64,000 nt of DNA. Origin: Octopus sinensis. Taxonomy: Eukaryota. A model generated the notes under the pieces. The model worked only from the letters and a program-made list of their open reading frames with translations, searched no databases and was not told the origin of the DNA. The stretch is from NCBI RefSeq assembly GCF_006345805.1, contig NC_043012.1:35464001-35528000 (forward strand). Direction: 5' to 3'. Position 1 is the first letter of the stretch. The number at the start of each line of letters is the position of its first letter. The translations under genes were made by a program, and so were the position numbers. Of the stretch, positions 26,701 to 36,086 are shown piece by piece.

Positions 26701-29700
26701 GCAGTGGATGGCTATGAGGTGGGAAGCTGGATAGGCACTCACAGTCCTTTGTTGGAAACATGCTACCATCTGATGTTCTTGATGGTTCTCAGGGCTCTGC
26801 TATCAAAGCCATTGATCCTTTTTGCCAGGGTCTTTGTGAGAGGCTATGTTTCTTCTCCATAGAAGAGAACAGAAGACCGAGTTGTGGCAGATGCAGAGCT
26901 TTGTCTTCTGAGAGATAAATCAATGGCGCAAAAGGGGGCTTCTATAGGGAATACATGACCATGACATCCAGACCCCCATCTGTGGTTCATATCCAGGGTT
27001 AGGTCTCTGTTGTTGGTGGACTTTAAAAAAATGTTGGAAACACATCACCATCTTACAATCAGAAATGCTTGTTTTGCAATCTTCCATGCAAATATGTCCG
27101 GACTAAGAGAAAATATTTCCCTTCCTTGGAAACAGGTGATGGTTGGCAACAGGGAGAGCCTCCAGCCATAGGAAATCTGCCTCAATGAATTCTTTCTGAT
27201 CCATGCAAGCATAGAAAAGTAGGCTTTTCCCTGCAATGACGATGTATTGATATGGTGTATCTGCAATAATAATTCTTGTCTTTTCATCAGACGATTCCGG
27301 CCAGTGGGGTGTAGGAGGGGTATTTACTGCCATCACAACAAGATCAGCGATTCCAAAGACACAGTATGAATTGGCCAAAGAGATGAAAGGTAAGTGGAGG
27401 GGGCTGGTTGGTGGTTATCTTTTGTGGAGGAAATAAGGGTTTTAGCACTGCTGTGTGTGTGTGTATATACATGTGTTTGGTGCTGCCGGACCACTTCCAT
27501 GTTTATTCAACTCTGGTATGCTGTCACATGACACTGAAACAACCAATGAAATGTGATATTTGATTCACTTCTCTCATCATGGTTGTGTATTAGAAATACC
27601 TATTTCTTTACTACCCACAAGGGGCTAAACACAGAGGAGACAAACAAGGACAGACACACGGATTAAGTTGATTATATCGACCCCAGTGTGTAACTGGTAC
27701 TTATTTAATCGACCCCGAAAGGATGAAAGGCAAAATCGACCTCAGCGGAATTTGAACTCAGAACATAGCGACAGACGAAATACGCTTAGCATTTTGCCCG
27801 TCGCGCTAACGATTCACCAGTTTATGGAGAGTGAAGAGTAGTGTGAAAATGAACGATACAAGTAGGAGGGGCAGAAAGGCTCAATGTTCTGCAGACCTGC
27901 AGTTTGTACCCTTGTTATATAGGCTCGTGTGTGTGTTCTGATGTAGACATGATTGTGTGTCACCTTATCTTGACACAGCTGTGTCTCCCCCCTCTTGTTA
28001 TGTAGACAAATCCATGAGCAGATGTCATGTGAACCTAATTGTGTGCCTGTTTGTCATGTAGACACAACTGTCTGTTGTTGATAATCCTAACATGCCCACC
28101 TCTCCATTGTCCACTTTCAGATATAAACCTTGGCGACTGTCATTTAATTACTCTGAATGACGACGAACAGTGTTGGGTAAGTAAAAACTCCCACTCACTG
28201 CCACCACTCAGTGTTGCCTTCACTCACACTCACTAATTTATTTCTCTATATTCTGATATTTTCTGATGCTTTAGTTTCTATTGTGCCACACCTCTGTAGT
28301 CCCTATTGTGCCACCATCTATATATAGTTCCCTGCTAACACACCTGACATTCTCCACCGTTTCCTTTCCAGCTGGCCCTTATTGTAGCCCAACATCGAAC
28401 TAAAAGTAATAATTTATCTGGGATCAAGATGGAGGCTTTAAAAGATGGACTGAAGAAGGTTTCTGTTGTGGCAAGACAAAGAAATGGTAAATTAGCATTA
28501 TCTTTCCTTTTTATATGTGTCCCCTATAGGGGCAGCACCATAGCTGATTGACTGGTATCAACCAATTGTGAGATTCCATCCATTCACGTTTGGATAATGT
28601 TTTATAGATCAAGACTGGAGCATCATCACTTGGACATTTATGAGTCTTTGGACATAAGTTTACTAATCATGACTGACCCGGGGCTAAACAGTAGCAATGA
28701 CATTATGATCACTAGTTAAGTGGGCAGCAGTATAGCTGATATTTGGACCTTTGAACATCTAAAACTGAATCAAATATGAAGTGAAAGGAATAAACAAACA
28801 AAACAGAATTTTAGTCAGTGGTTATTAATAATTTTCCAGTAAATAATAGGGGAGACAACTGTTAAGTGTTTCTACCTTATTGAACATCATTAGCATGAGT
28901 GTAATCAAACTATAAGCTACTTGAATCTACAGGTTTATAAACTGAAGTGTATCTAGGGCAAATAAAAGTACAAGATTTCCCCACTACAAAGGATACATTG
29001 CAGGGTTAACTCTCAAAAGTTATCACTGGTAATGCTTATTAGCTGAGTAAACCTGAGCAATGTGAAGTGAAGTACGTTGTTCAAGGAAACAACTCTGTCC
29101 AGTCCAAAAATTGAACCCACAATTATGAACTCACTCAGCTGTACACCATCTAACTTGCCAAAGTTACAAGAAATCAACACTCCAAGAATTCATTTGTTTT
29201 TGTTTGGTTTCTATGTCTGCTTTCCCATGCTGGCATGGGTTAGAAGAATACATTATTATGACATTGTTTTACAGTTGGATGCGCTTTGTGTTGCTAACCC
29301 TTGATAATTGCTCACATGAGAAGTCACTTATTTCACGTTTTTGAAGGCATGAAACCAGCAGATGATTTGTCGACAGAAGAAATAACAATAATATCACTAT
29401 TTATAGCTCAGCTGTTTTTGGACAAGTACAAATCATCATCATTTAATGTCCATGTTGGCATGGGTTGGACAGTTTGACCAGGGCTGACAGACTGGATGCT
29501 CTTCGTAATGTCAACCAATCCAAGTGTGTAATGGGTGTTTTTACGTGCCACCGACACGGGTGCCATTTGTATGACACCAATATCTGCCACAACTGCGGTT
29601 TTTCTTGGCTTGATGTGTCTTCTTCTCAAGCTTAGCAAATGAACTTGGTCATTGCCTCCATGAGACCCAATGCCTGAAGGCCAGCATAATGCCAAATGGT

Positions 29701-32700
29701 CCCAGTCCTTGCCTCCATGAGGCCCAATGCTCAGAAGGTGCTTTTACGTGCCATGGGCACGAGTGCCATTTGCGTGACACCAGTATCTGCCACAACTGTG
29801 ATTTTTCTCGGCTTGATGGATCTTCTTCACAAGCATAACATAATGCCAAAGGTCTCAGCTGTTACCTCTCTGGGGAGGCCTAAATCTCAGCCATTGCCTC
29901 TGTAAACAAAAATACACATGCATATATGCATCCACCCACTACCCATACATACCTCCCCCACACACACACCCGCATGCACACACACGCACACATATAGTTT
30001 ATTGCAGATCTATGAGCCTGACAAAATATATTTCTAAACTTTGGATGGGGATATATTTGAGTCCAGATCTCATGTCCAGAAGCTCTTCTTGTGGCCAACC
30101 CTTAGCTGTTTTTCAAGTAAGATATTTTTTAATTCCATTCTTTGAATGACTGGTCATAATGGCAACAAGAAGTGTAAACCTCATTCAATGTTTTGCTCAT
30201 GCAAAGCCCATGGGATGTCAACACACACACTCACATGCACACACACTTATACAACAGGCTTCCCTACAGCTCCCATTTACCAAAATTCACTCACAAAGCA
30301 GTGATTGACCCAGGGTTATAATAGAAGTCACATACCAGGTGCCACATATTGGAATTGAACCCTGAGACCACATGATTTCTTATCACACACACACACACAC
30401 TCTCGTGTATATTCTGAAAGAGAATGCAATCCTCTGCTGTATGGTGCCTTATGTAATTAATCTCTCTCACTTCTTGTCTCTGCAGCCAGTGTTCACTTAC
30501 CCAGAATAGGCCATGATACACCTTCCTTTAACTGGTATGGAACCGAGAGACTCATCCGAAAACATCTGGCAGTGAAAGGAATTCCAACTTACATGTATCC
30601 TTTGCCAAAATCTTGTTTTGTATTCAATTATTTGGAATTTGGATTGATTGATGACATTCTTATGACAGTGCTAATGTTATGACAATCTTAGAACTCATCT
30701 TGTACTATCGGAATAATGTCTGAATACTTCTAATGTTACGGTAGTTGTAATGTTACGATAGTCCTTGAGTTTTGACGGTTACTAATATTATGACAGTTGT
30801 AACTTTATGATGGTACTCTTTTAATGACTACGGTTATCTGTTACAAGAGTACTGCTCTTATGACAGTTGTAATATGATGGTACTAGTGATATGACAGTTC
30901 TTATCTTATGGTGATGCTAATGTTATGATAGTATTATGATGTTAGAGCACTTCTAATAGTTATGACAAAGCTAAATTACTGCTAGAAGAGTATTAATATT
31001 GTGACAGCTTTAATATAATTAGTACTGCACTATAGTTATAATAATTTTAATGTTATGACTGTTAATATTTTAACAATCATTTATAGATTAGATGAGTCTC
31101 TATGTTATGGAAGCATTAATTTTATAAGTATAATTAAGATACTCCTAATGTTATGATAATTCTACCATTGTCACAGCACCATTGTTCTGACAGTAATAAG
31201 TGTTTAAGATGTTCCTATATATCAGTGTGAATATTATGATATAACTTAAGACATATAACCACCATAGCAATAATTAATATACAACTAAGTATTATTATGA
31301 TTGTAGTAGTAGTAGTAGTAATGTCTAATTATTATTAGATTTTTTTTTTTTTTTACCATAAAAGAGGGAATACAAAGGAGTGACAGAGAGAGAGAGGAGA
31401 AAAGGAAAGACAAGAAACTATGGCACTACAACCAGCCAGGAACAGTCTTCGCTACATTTGCGGTACCTGCCAGAGGGAGTGTTTGTCCAGGATAGGACTA
31501 CACAGCCACAGCAGGAAATGTATCAGGACATGAAATATAAAAGCCGGACTAGACTACTTCATGCGCAACTCCATTGTCTCCCGAGACAGAAAGGATGCCA
31601 ATACAATACAAGTAGTAGTAGTAGTGGTAGTCTTCTTGTAACCAATGAATGTCACATACAAAGAGTGATTGTTTGATAATTATTGGAATTGGCTGGGACC
31701 AACCTTATGGAAACCTATTTCCAACATGGAGACAAACCTTCCAATGGCCATTCCAAGGGAGATGCAGGCATGGCAAACCAACAACAACAACATGGAGAGA
31801 AGTTCCACAGAAACTGAAGCCTTGATAAATGGCTACACTTTGTGACAACTGCAATCAGTCGCCAACAGTTGAGGAGGATGGAGACCTCTTGTTGGTGCGT
31901 TAGGCTCAACGGGGAATTAAAGGAATAAAAAGATTAATGATTTCAAATTTTGGCACAATACCAGGATGTTCAGGGGAGGGCGTAAGTTGACTACATCATC
32001 CCCAATATGCAACTGGTATTTATTTTATCAACCCCGAAATGATGAAAGGTGAAGTTGATCTCAACGAAATTTGAACTCAGAATGCAAAAGCAGATGAAAT
32101 ACTGTCAAGCATTTTGCCTGGTGTGCTAACAATTCTGTCAGTTAACAATCTTAGTAAAAAGAATACTCAGAGAGTGCAAACCTCCGCCAAGGCAGCACCA
32201 ACGTCGTCTCAAAGATTAGCCAGAGACAATTTTCAAAATGAGAATATCTGAAATAAACTCGATTGCTCTCACAAACAAGAATACTAAAAATTAACCTGAC
32301 CACTCTCAAAAATTTTTTAAAAATCAAAAAAAAAACCCAAAAATAATCCAGAAACCTTGCCTGGTACCTTATCGATCCCAAAATCTAATCAGTTGGTGCC
32401 AGTCACGAGACCAAACATCCCTGAAAGTTTCATCTGAATCCATCCTGCGGTTCTTGAGATATTTTGTCCACAGACAAACAAACACAACTGAAAACAATAC
32501 CTCCATGTTCGCTAAGGAGAAGGTAATAAGTAGTAGTAGTAGTAGTTTATAAGATGTTAATGTTGCTATGACACTGTTTTATAGGATGACATCCTCACAG
32601 CACAACTGTGGTGGCATTAGCATAGTTAATGCCATTGTGGTAGCATTGTGCTATGACACTTGTTGTGAGGTGGTTTTAAGATAATGCTAAGACTCTTCGT

Positions 32701-35337
32701 TATGACACTCACCTAAACAAACACTGTGTCTCACAAGTTCACAAACCTTCACTCAAGTTTAACTTAACTCTCACTCCAGATATTATTACCCTCGACGTGG
32801 ACATTTAAAGCGGAGAAGGTCATCACAAGAAGCTGGACCATCAACCAAAGGTCAGTTATCTGGTGGTGGTGGTGGTGGTGGTGTGGTGGTGGTGGTGGTG
32901 GTGGTCAGCATCACATCGTTTTGTTGTTGACTGTAGTAGTAGTAGTGGTGGTTGTAGAGATTGTCATAGTTTGACAGTGATTGTCATTATGTATGTGTCT
33001 GATAATATAGTGGTGGTTGCTTGTGTGGTGTTACCTTCACATTGTCCAACCATGACCACCACTAACATCACCTTTTAACCAAGTCTGTAAGTGACTGTTC
33101 ATTTTGCAGTCAAATCTCATTTAAATCACAGTTTTAAAATATCGAAAAAAAAAAGATACATTGGTTGATGTAGTCCTAGATAGACTGAACAAAAGACAAG
33201 AAATTAATTGTTAACATGTCTTTCATCATAGATTTGCCATCTCAAGGCTAGCCTTGGGCTAAACAACGATGACCATAATTTAACTCCCTTTAGTTAACCT
33301 CTCTAACTAATTCTTCAATTTTTTTCTCATGTCCAGATGATGTACCATCCCCTGTTGCATCGCCAGGCCCTGCATCGCCAGGCCCTGCATCACCTGTTTG
33401 CTCTACGTCTCAAGGAGGAACCAAAAAGCAAAATGGATTGCTGGAAACATTCCAAGGACTTTCTCTTCATCTCTGGAAGTGCAACCCGGAAGACAGCAAG
33501 ATGTACAAACGCTACATTATTGCATATCCTTTTGGTTTTTTTGTTTGTTTGGCCGTGTGGACTGACCAGTGTTGACCATTCCACATTCAGATTTCTCTGT
33601 CAGTTGTAATACTTATTTGTTGGCATTTTATAAAGGAGTCCTGCATTATCTTGTAGCTTTGAGACTTTGATGATGTAGGGCAGGTGTAAGAGGCCTGATC
33701 TGGTCAGTTGCAACATAAGAGTCTTTGGCCTGGTCTGGCCAGTTTAAATGCTAAAATGTTAAACATAGTCTTCACATCTGTTTCCTTATAAACACAGATA
33801 TGAGGGAATATGATGGATTCTGCTATGGCTTTGTGAGTGAGTTTGGTTGATGGAAACTATAAGAAGCCCATCATATATTTGTTTGTGTCTCCTCGTATGA
33901 GGGTAATGCTCGTTTGCAAGTATCACACAGTCCTTCTGGAAACATGTTTGACCTCGGGGAAAGATTTATCTTGGAAACAGGTACGGGTCGGCAACAAGAA
34001 AGGCATCCAACTGTGGAAAATCTGTTTCAATGAATTCCATCTGTGTGACCCATGCATCATCATCGTCATCATTATTTAACGTCCACTTTCCATGCTGGCA
34101 TGGGTTGGACAGTTTGACATGAAGCAGTCCAGACTCCAACTGTCTGTTGTGGCATAGTTTCTACAGCTGGAAGCCCTTCCTAATGCCAACCACTCAACGG
34201 GGTGTGCTGGGTGCTTTCTACATGTCACTATCCTTTTCCATGCAAACATGGAAAAGTTGATGCCAAAAGAATGGCGCTGGCGATCATGATATTTGTTTTT
34301 TGCCGTTTTGTTTTTGGTTCCCTGGTTCCAGTCCTTAACTCTGTTCACTTACGATGGAGAGTTTCATTCAGAAATAACAGAAAGTACAACCCATGTTGTT
34401 GTCTGCGTCAACAGTGACATAGAGGTGAGTACAAGATCTGTGACAACACTAGTGCCAAGAAATTATCAATCCAGTTCTGGAGATGATTTAACCAGTTAAC
34501 ATCATCTCCCCTTAAAGTTTCTGACCTTGTGCCTTATTTAAAAACTATTTGCTTTTTAGGGTTGATAAAATAAGTACCAGTCATGTACTGAGGGTCGATG
34601 TAATCGACCAAATCCTTCTCTCTAAATCTTGCTGGCCTTGTGCCAAAGTTTGATACCATTGTTATTGTGTTACTCACAAAAGATACTCATTTACTCCAAT
34701 CTAATTTCTATTGAAAATCTGTAGAGAAAACTTTAAAAGTAACTGAATTGCACTGCTAACACAGGCAGGACAGAGTATTGACTGGTAAGCCCTTAATATT
34801 CTTGGTAATAGAGTTGCATAATGAAAGAGTGTCCCCACCAGAAGTTAATTGTAACAAACAGTTTGCATAGTTTCTTGCATAATCTTTTGAAGATTTTAAT
34901 TAAAATATGAAGATTGAGAGTGTTTCCGTTAAATAACCAGGGCTAGTTTCAAACAGGTTGGGATCAAAATGAGTTACACTTGCCTTCCCCCTGGTCCTCG
35001 TTGGTTTAACTCCTTCAAATACTTGTCATCATTCTCTACAATCAACCACACAACAGCAGAACTAGGCATTTCCCCCTCTCACACACTCACTACAGTCAAC
35101 CCTGGATTCAATAGATGTGCACACCCTTTCTCTATTCCACCCCAGTGTAAGATACCCACATTATTCTATCTATCTATAATTTACTAAGGTATTTCCTCCT
35201 TAATATTTCAGGATCTTGCCTCGACCATGCGCTATGCCTCGTCTACTGCGTTTGTGGTGAGCGTAAAATGGCTGCGGAAATGTCTGAAGACGGGTCAGTG
35301 TTGTCCAGTCGAGCCTTTTGAAGTAGACATTCAGTAA
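1290..35337 (+). CDS. CHD1L: CHD1L/ALC1 chromatin remodeller, 5'-partial, 20 coding exons (SNF2 ATPase, linker, macrodomain, C-terminal BRCT-like domain)
   Basis: Exon phases all match and give 2478 nt ending in TAA at 35335-35337. Peptides match CHD1L as recalled: [118 protein letters not shown]. Confidence 0.97.
2682..2837 (+). CDS. CHD1L: CHD1L exon
   Basis: tttcag|CC ... CACA|gtaagg; [50 protein letters not shown]; phase 1 to 1. Confidence 0.95.
3747..3965. repeat. Degenerate 41-bp tandem repeat (about 5 copies)
   Basis: Unit close to TTCCTTTCAAGTGTTGGGCCTCATGGAGGCAAATAGCCGAG; related units on the opposite strand near 29645-29735. Confidence 0.8.
4341..4448 (+). CDS. CHD1L: CHD1L exon
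   Basis: ttgcag|TG ... GATG|gtgagt; [19 protein letters not shown]. Confidence 0.95.
4868..5232 (+). mobile_element. tRNA-derived SINE with CORE-like domain (ggcaccttgggcaagtgtcttct)
   Basis: Copies at about 8555-8915, 18038-18420, 50345-50490, and antisense at about 16090-16240 and 24825-24970. Consistent with the CORE-containing octopus SINEs (OR type); exact family not assigned. Confidence 0.75.
5711..6001. mobile_element. piggyBac-type MITE (about 290 bp), same terminal family as 19932-21007
   Basis: TTAA at 5707-10, ends GGTAACAAAAGGG followed by degraded TTCA. Related degraded copies near 6935-7145 and 17875-18500 (the latter split by a SINE). Confidence 0.7.
7261..7431 (+). CDS. CHD1L: CHD1L exon
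   Basis: ctttag|GT ... AGAG|gtaaaa; [26 protein letters not shown]...[18 protein letters not shown]. Confidence 0.96.
9217..9443 (+). mobile_element. tRNA-derived SINE (central motif tttcatcctttcggggtcgataaattaagtaccag)
   Basis: Pol III box-like head (gagctggcagaaacgttagc...gttcaaattcc). Further copies at about 6694-6860, 17191-17412, 27599-27820 (-), 31915-32145 (-), 44718-44890 (-), 51058-51272, 60500-60890. Confidence 0.85.
9470..9601. repeat. (CT)n-rich compound microsatellite
   Basis: Direct inspection. Other simple repeats include (TA)n 10018-10060 and 10154-10192, (CT)n 11665-11712, (GGT)n 32861-32902, (CA)/(GT)n at many sites. Confidence 0.95.
12352..12465 (+). CDS. CHD1L: CHD1L exon
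   Basis: gtttag|GC ... GCAG|gtgagt; [37 protein letters not shown]. Confidence 0.96.
14757..14871 (+). CDS. CHD1L: CHD1L exon (helicase motifs V-VI)
   Basis: aaccag|GT ... TCTCG|gtatgt; [38 protein letters not shown]; phase 1 to 2. Confidence 0.96.
17641..17809 (+). CDS. CHD1L: CHD1L exon
   Basis: aaccag|C ... AAG|gtaagg; [39 protein letters not shown]; phase 2 to 0. Confidence 0.95.
19196..19354 (+). CDS. CHD1L: CHD1L exon (alternative in-frame donor at 19312)
   Basis: ttgcag|CTG ... CAG|gtaagt; [13 protein letters not shown]...[19 protein letters not shown]. Confidence 0.88.
19932..21007. mobile_element. Non-autonomous piggyBac-type element (1076 bp)
   Basis: TTAA at 19928-31 and 21008-11; 12-bp perfect TIR CCCTTTCGTTAC/GTAACGAAAGGG; three GGGCGG(T/C)TT repeats near the right end; no transposase ORF. 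Confidence 0.88.
21012..21547. repeat. 70-bp minisatellite, about 7.7 near-identical copies
   Basis: Unit CCATATATGGTTATGATGCATTGCACATCACTGTATGACCATATTTGGTTGTGACTTATATGTGATTTAA; copy 3 has a 2-nt deletion; a partial unit lies left of the piggyBac element (about 19881-19931). Confidence 0.97.
21720..21840 (+). CDS. CHD1L: CHD1L exon
   Basis: tgtcag|TGT ... GAAG|gtaagt; [22 protein letters not shown] (human recalled as MYLFEGKDYSKEPS). Confidence 0.9.
22545..22651 (+). CDS. CHD1L: CHD1L exon (linker)
   Basis: gtgtag|AA ... AAG|gtgagg; [13 protein letters not shown] (human recalled as VLSPEELEDRQKK). Confidence 0.85.
23990..24300 (-). mobile_element. Degraded RTE-like LINE fragment
   Basis: Minus-strand frame [24 protein letters not shown] resembles the RTE motif F.YLGS.I..DG....DI..RI.KA. 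Confidence 0.55.
24401..24480 (+). CDS. CHD1L: CHD1L exon (charged helical linker)
   Basis: aaatag|CGC ... AAGAA|gtgagt; [26 protein letters not shown]; phase 0 to 2 fits both neighbours. Confidence 0.85.
26083..26264 (+). CDS. CHD1L: CHD1L exon (regulatory linker and start of macrodomain)
   Basis: ttccag|G ... ATTG|gtaagc; [13 protein letters not shown]...[11 protein letters not shown]...FVIHCI. Confidence 0.94.
26430..26960 (-). mobile_element. Degraded RTE-clade LINE fragment (3' part of ORF2)
   Basis: Minus-strand frame reads [39 protein letters not shown], resembling the post-RT RTE motif VLLYGxETWxL...FD.RCLR.I. Confidence 0.75.
27291..27389 (+). CDS. CHD1L: CHD1L exon (macrodomain)
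   Basis: catcag|AC ... AAAG|gtaagt; [33 protein letters not shown]. Confidence 0.95.
28121..28176 (+). CDS. CHD1L: CHD1L exon (macrodomain)
   Basis: tttcag|AT ... TGG|gtaagt; [19 protein letters not shown]. Confidence 0.88.
28372..28486 (+). CDS. CHD1L: CHD1L exon (macrodomain)
   Basis: ttccag|CTG ... AATG|gtaaat; [30 protein letters not shown]. Confidence 0.96.
30486..30594 (+). CDS. CHD1L: CHD1L exon (end of macrodomain), followed by U12-type donor
   Basis: ctgcag|CC ... TACAT|gtatcctttg; [35 protein letters not shown]. Confidence 0.95.
30595..32779 (+). other. U12-type (minor spliceosome) GT-AG intron
   Basis: 5' end GTATCCTTT (U12 consensus RTATCCTTT). CTTAAC at 32763-32768 lies shortly before the AG at 32778-32779, with no long polypyrimidine tract. 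Splicing restores GIPTY-I-YYYPR (human recalled as GIPTYIYYFPR). Confidence 0.85.
32157..32527 (+). mobile_element. Putative non-autonomous Helentron-like (HINE-type) element inside the U12 GT-AG intron
   Basis: 5' subterminal CCTCCGCCAAGG (32181-32192) and degenerate complementary 3' end CCTCC...GGAGAAGGTAA; layout recalled from similar elements, not confirmed. Confidence 0.45.
32780..32850 (+). CDS. CHD1L: CHD1L exon
   Basis: ctccag|A TAT TAT TAC CCT CGA ... AAAG|gtcagt; [23 protein letters not shown]; phase 2 to 1. Confidence 0.88.
33337..33523 (+). CDS. CHD1L: CHD1L exon (SP-rich linker and start of BRCT-like domain), followed by AT-AC donor
   Basis: gtccag|AT ... ATTGC|atatcctttt; [29 protein letters not shown]; phase 1 to 2. 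Confidence 0.85.
33524..34348 (+). other. U12-type AT-AC intron (825 nt)
   Basis: Starts ATATCCTTT (33524-33532). TCCTTAAC branch site at 34332-34339, ends AC at 34347-34348. Joining gives RYIIA-YDGE in frame. Confidence 0.92.
34349..34424 (+). CDS. CHD1L: CHD1L exon (BRCT-like domain)
   Basis: gttcac|T TAC GAT GGA ... GAG|gtgagt; [25 protein letters not shown]. Confidence 0.88.
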
Positions 35338-36086
35338 AGTGACCACAGCAGTACCCAACTCATTGCAGCAGGCTTCGTATTTCCTTCATTGTTACTGGCA
35401 ACAGACCAGTAGATCATCGAACAAATGCCTTGTGAATTATTGACATTTTTTTTTTGTGTGTTTTAAAACTCCACCGATTGAACCTTAATTTTATCAACCC
35501 TGGATTGACGAAATGCCATGTCCCAGTGATTTGCTGAGGGAGCCTATATAAATCGACTTTGATTACCTCCCACCAATATGAGGTTTTGTGCCTCTTAGAA
35601 ATCATTATAATCATCATTATGGTGGTAAACTGGCAGAATGGTTAGCACATCAGGCGAAATGCTTTGTGGCACTTCATGTCTTTACATTCTGTGTTCAAAT
35701 TCCACCGAGGATGACTTAGCCTTTCATCCTTTTGTGGTTGATAAATCAACTGGGGTTATTATTATTATTATTATTATTAATAGCTCAAATCCCAGCAAAT
35801 CAATTTTGTCTTTCATCTGTTCGTCCTTCCACGGTTGATAAATTATCAATCCAGTTCTGGAGATGATTTAACCAGTTAACATCGTCTCCCCTTAAAGTTT
35901 CTGGCCTTGTGCCTTATTTAAAAACTATTTGCTTTTCAGGGTTGATAAAATAAGTACCAGTCACGTACTGAGGGTTGATATAATCGACCAAATCCTTTTC
36001 TCTAAATCTTGCTGGCCTTGTGCCAAAGTTTGATACCATTGTTATTGTGTTACTCACAAAAGATACTCATTTACTCCAATCTAATT
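34460..36086. repeat. Dispersed direct repeat of about 247 bp (34460-34706 and 35840-36086) flanking the CHD1L terminal exon
   Basis: Copies are 1380 bp apart with about 7 substitutions by eye. Confidence 0.93.
35212..35337 (+). CDS. CHD1L: CHD1L terminal coding exon (BRCT W-x-x-x-C helix)
   Basis: tttcag|GAT; [41 protein letters not shown]. Confidence 0.88.
   Translation, partial: DLASTMRYASSTAFVVSVKWLRKCLKTGQCCPVEPFEVDIQ

Noticed and set aside
35197-35211. TCCTTAAT, a U12-like branch motif before the last CHD1L acceptor
   Set aside because: That intron starts GTGAGT (U2 type), the motif is only about 8 nt from the AG, and pairing it with the upstream AT donor would shift the frame. Probably coincidental.
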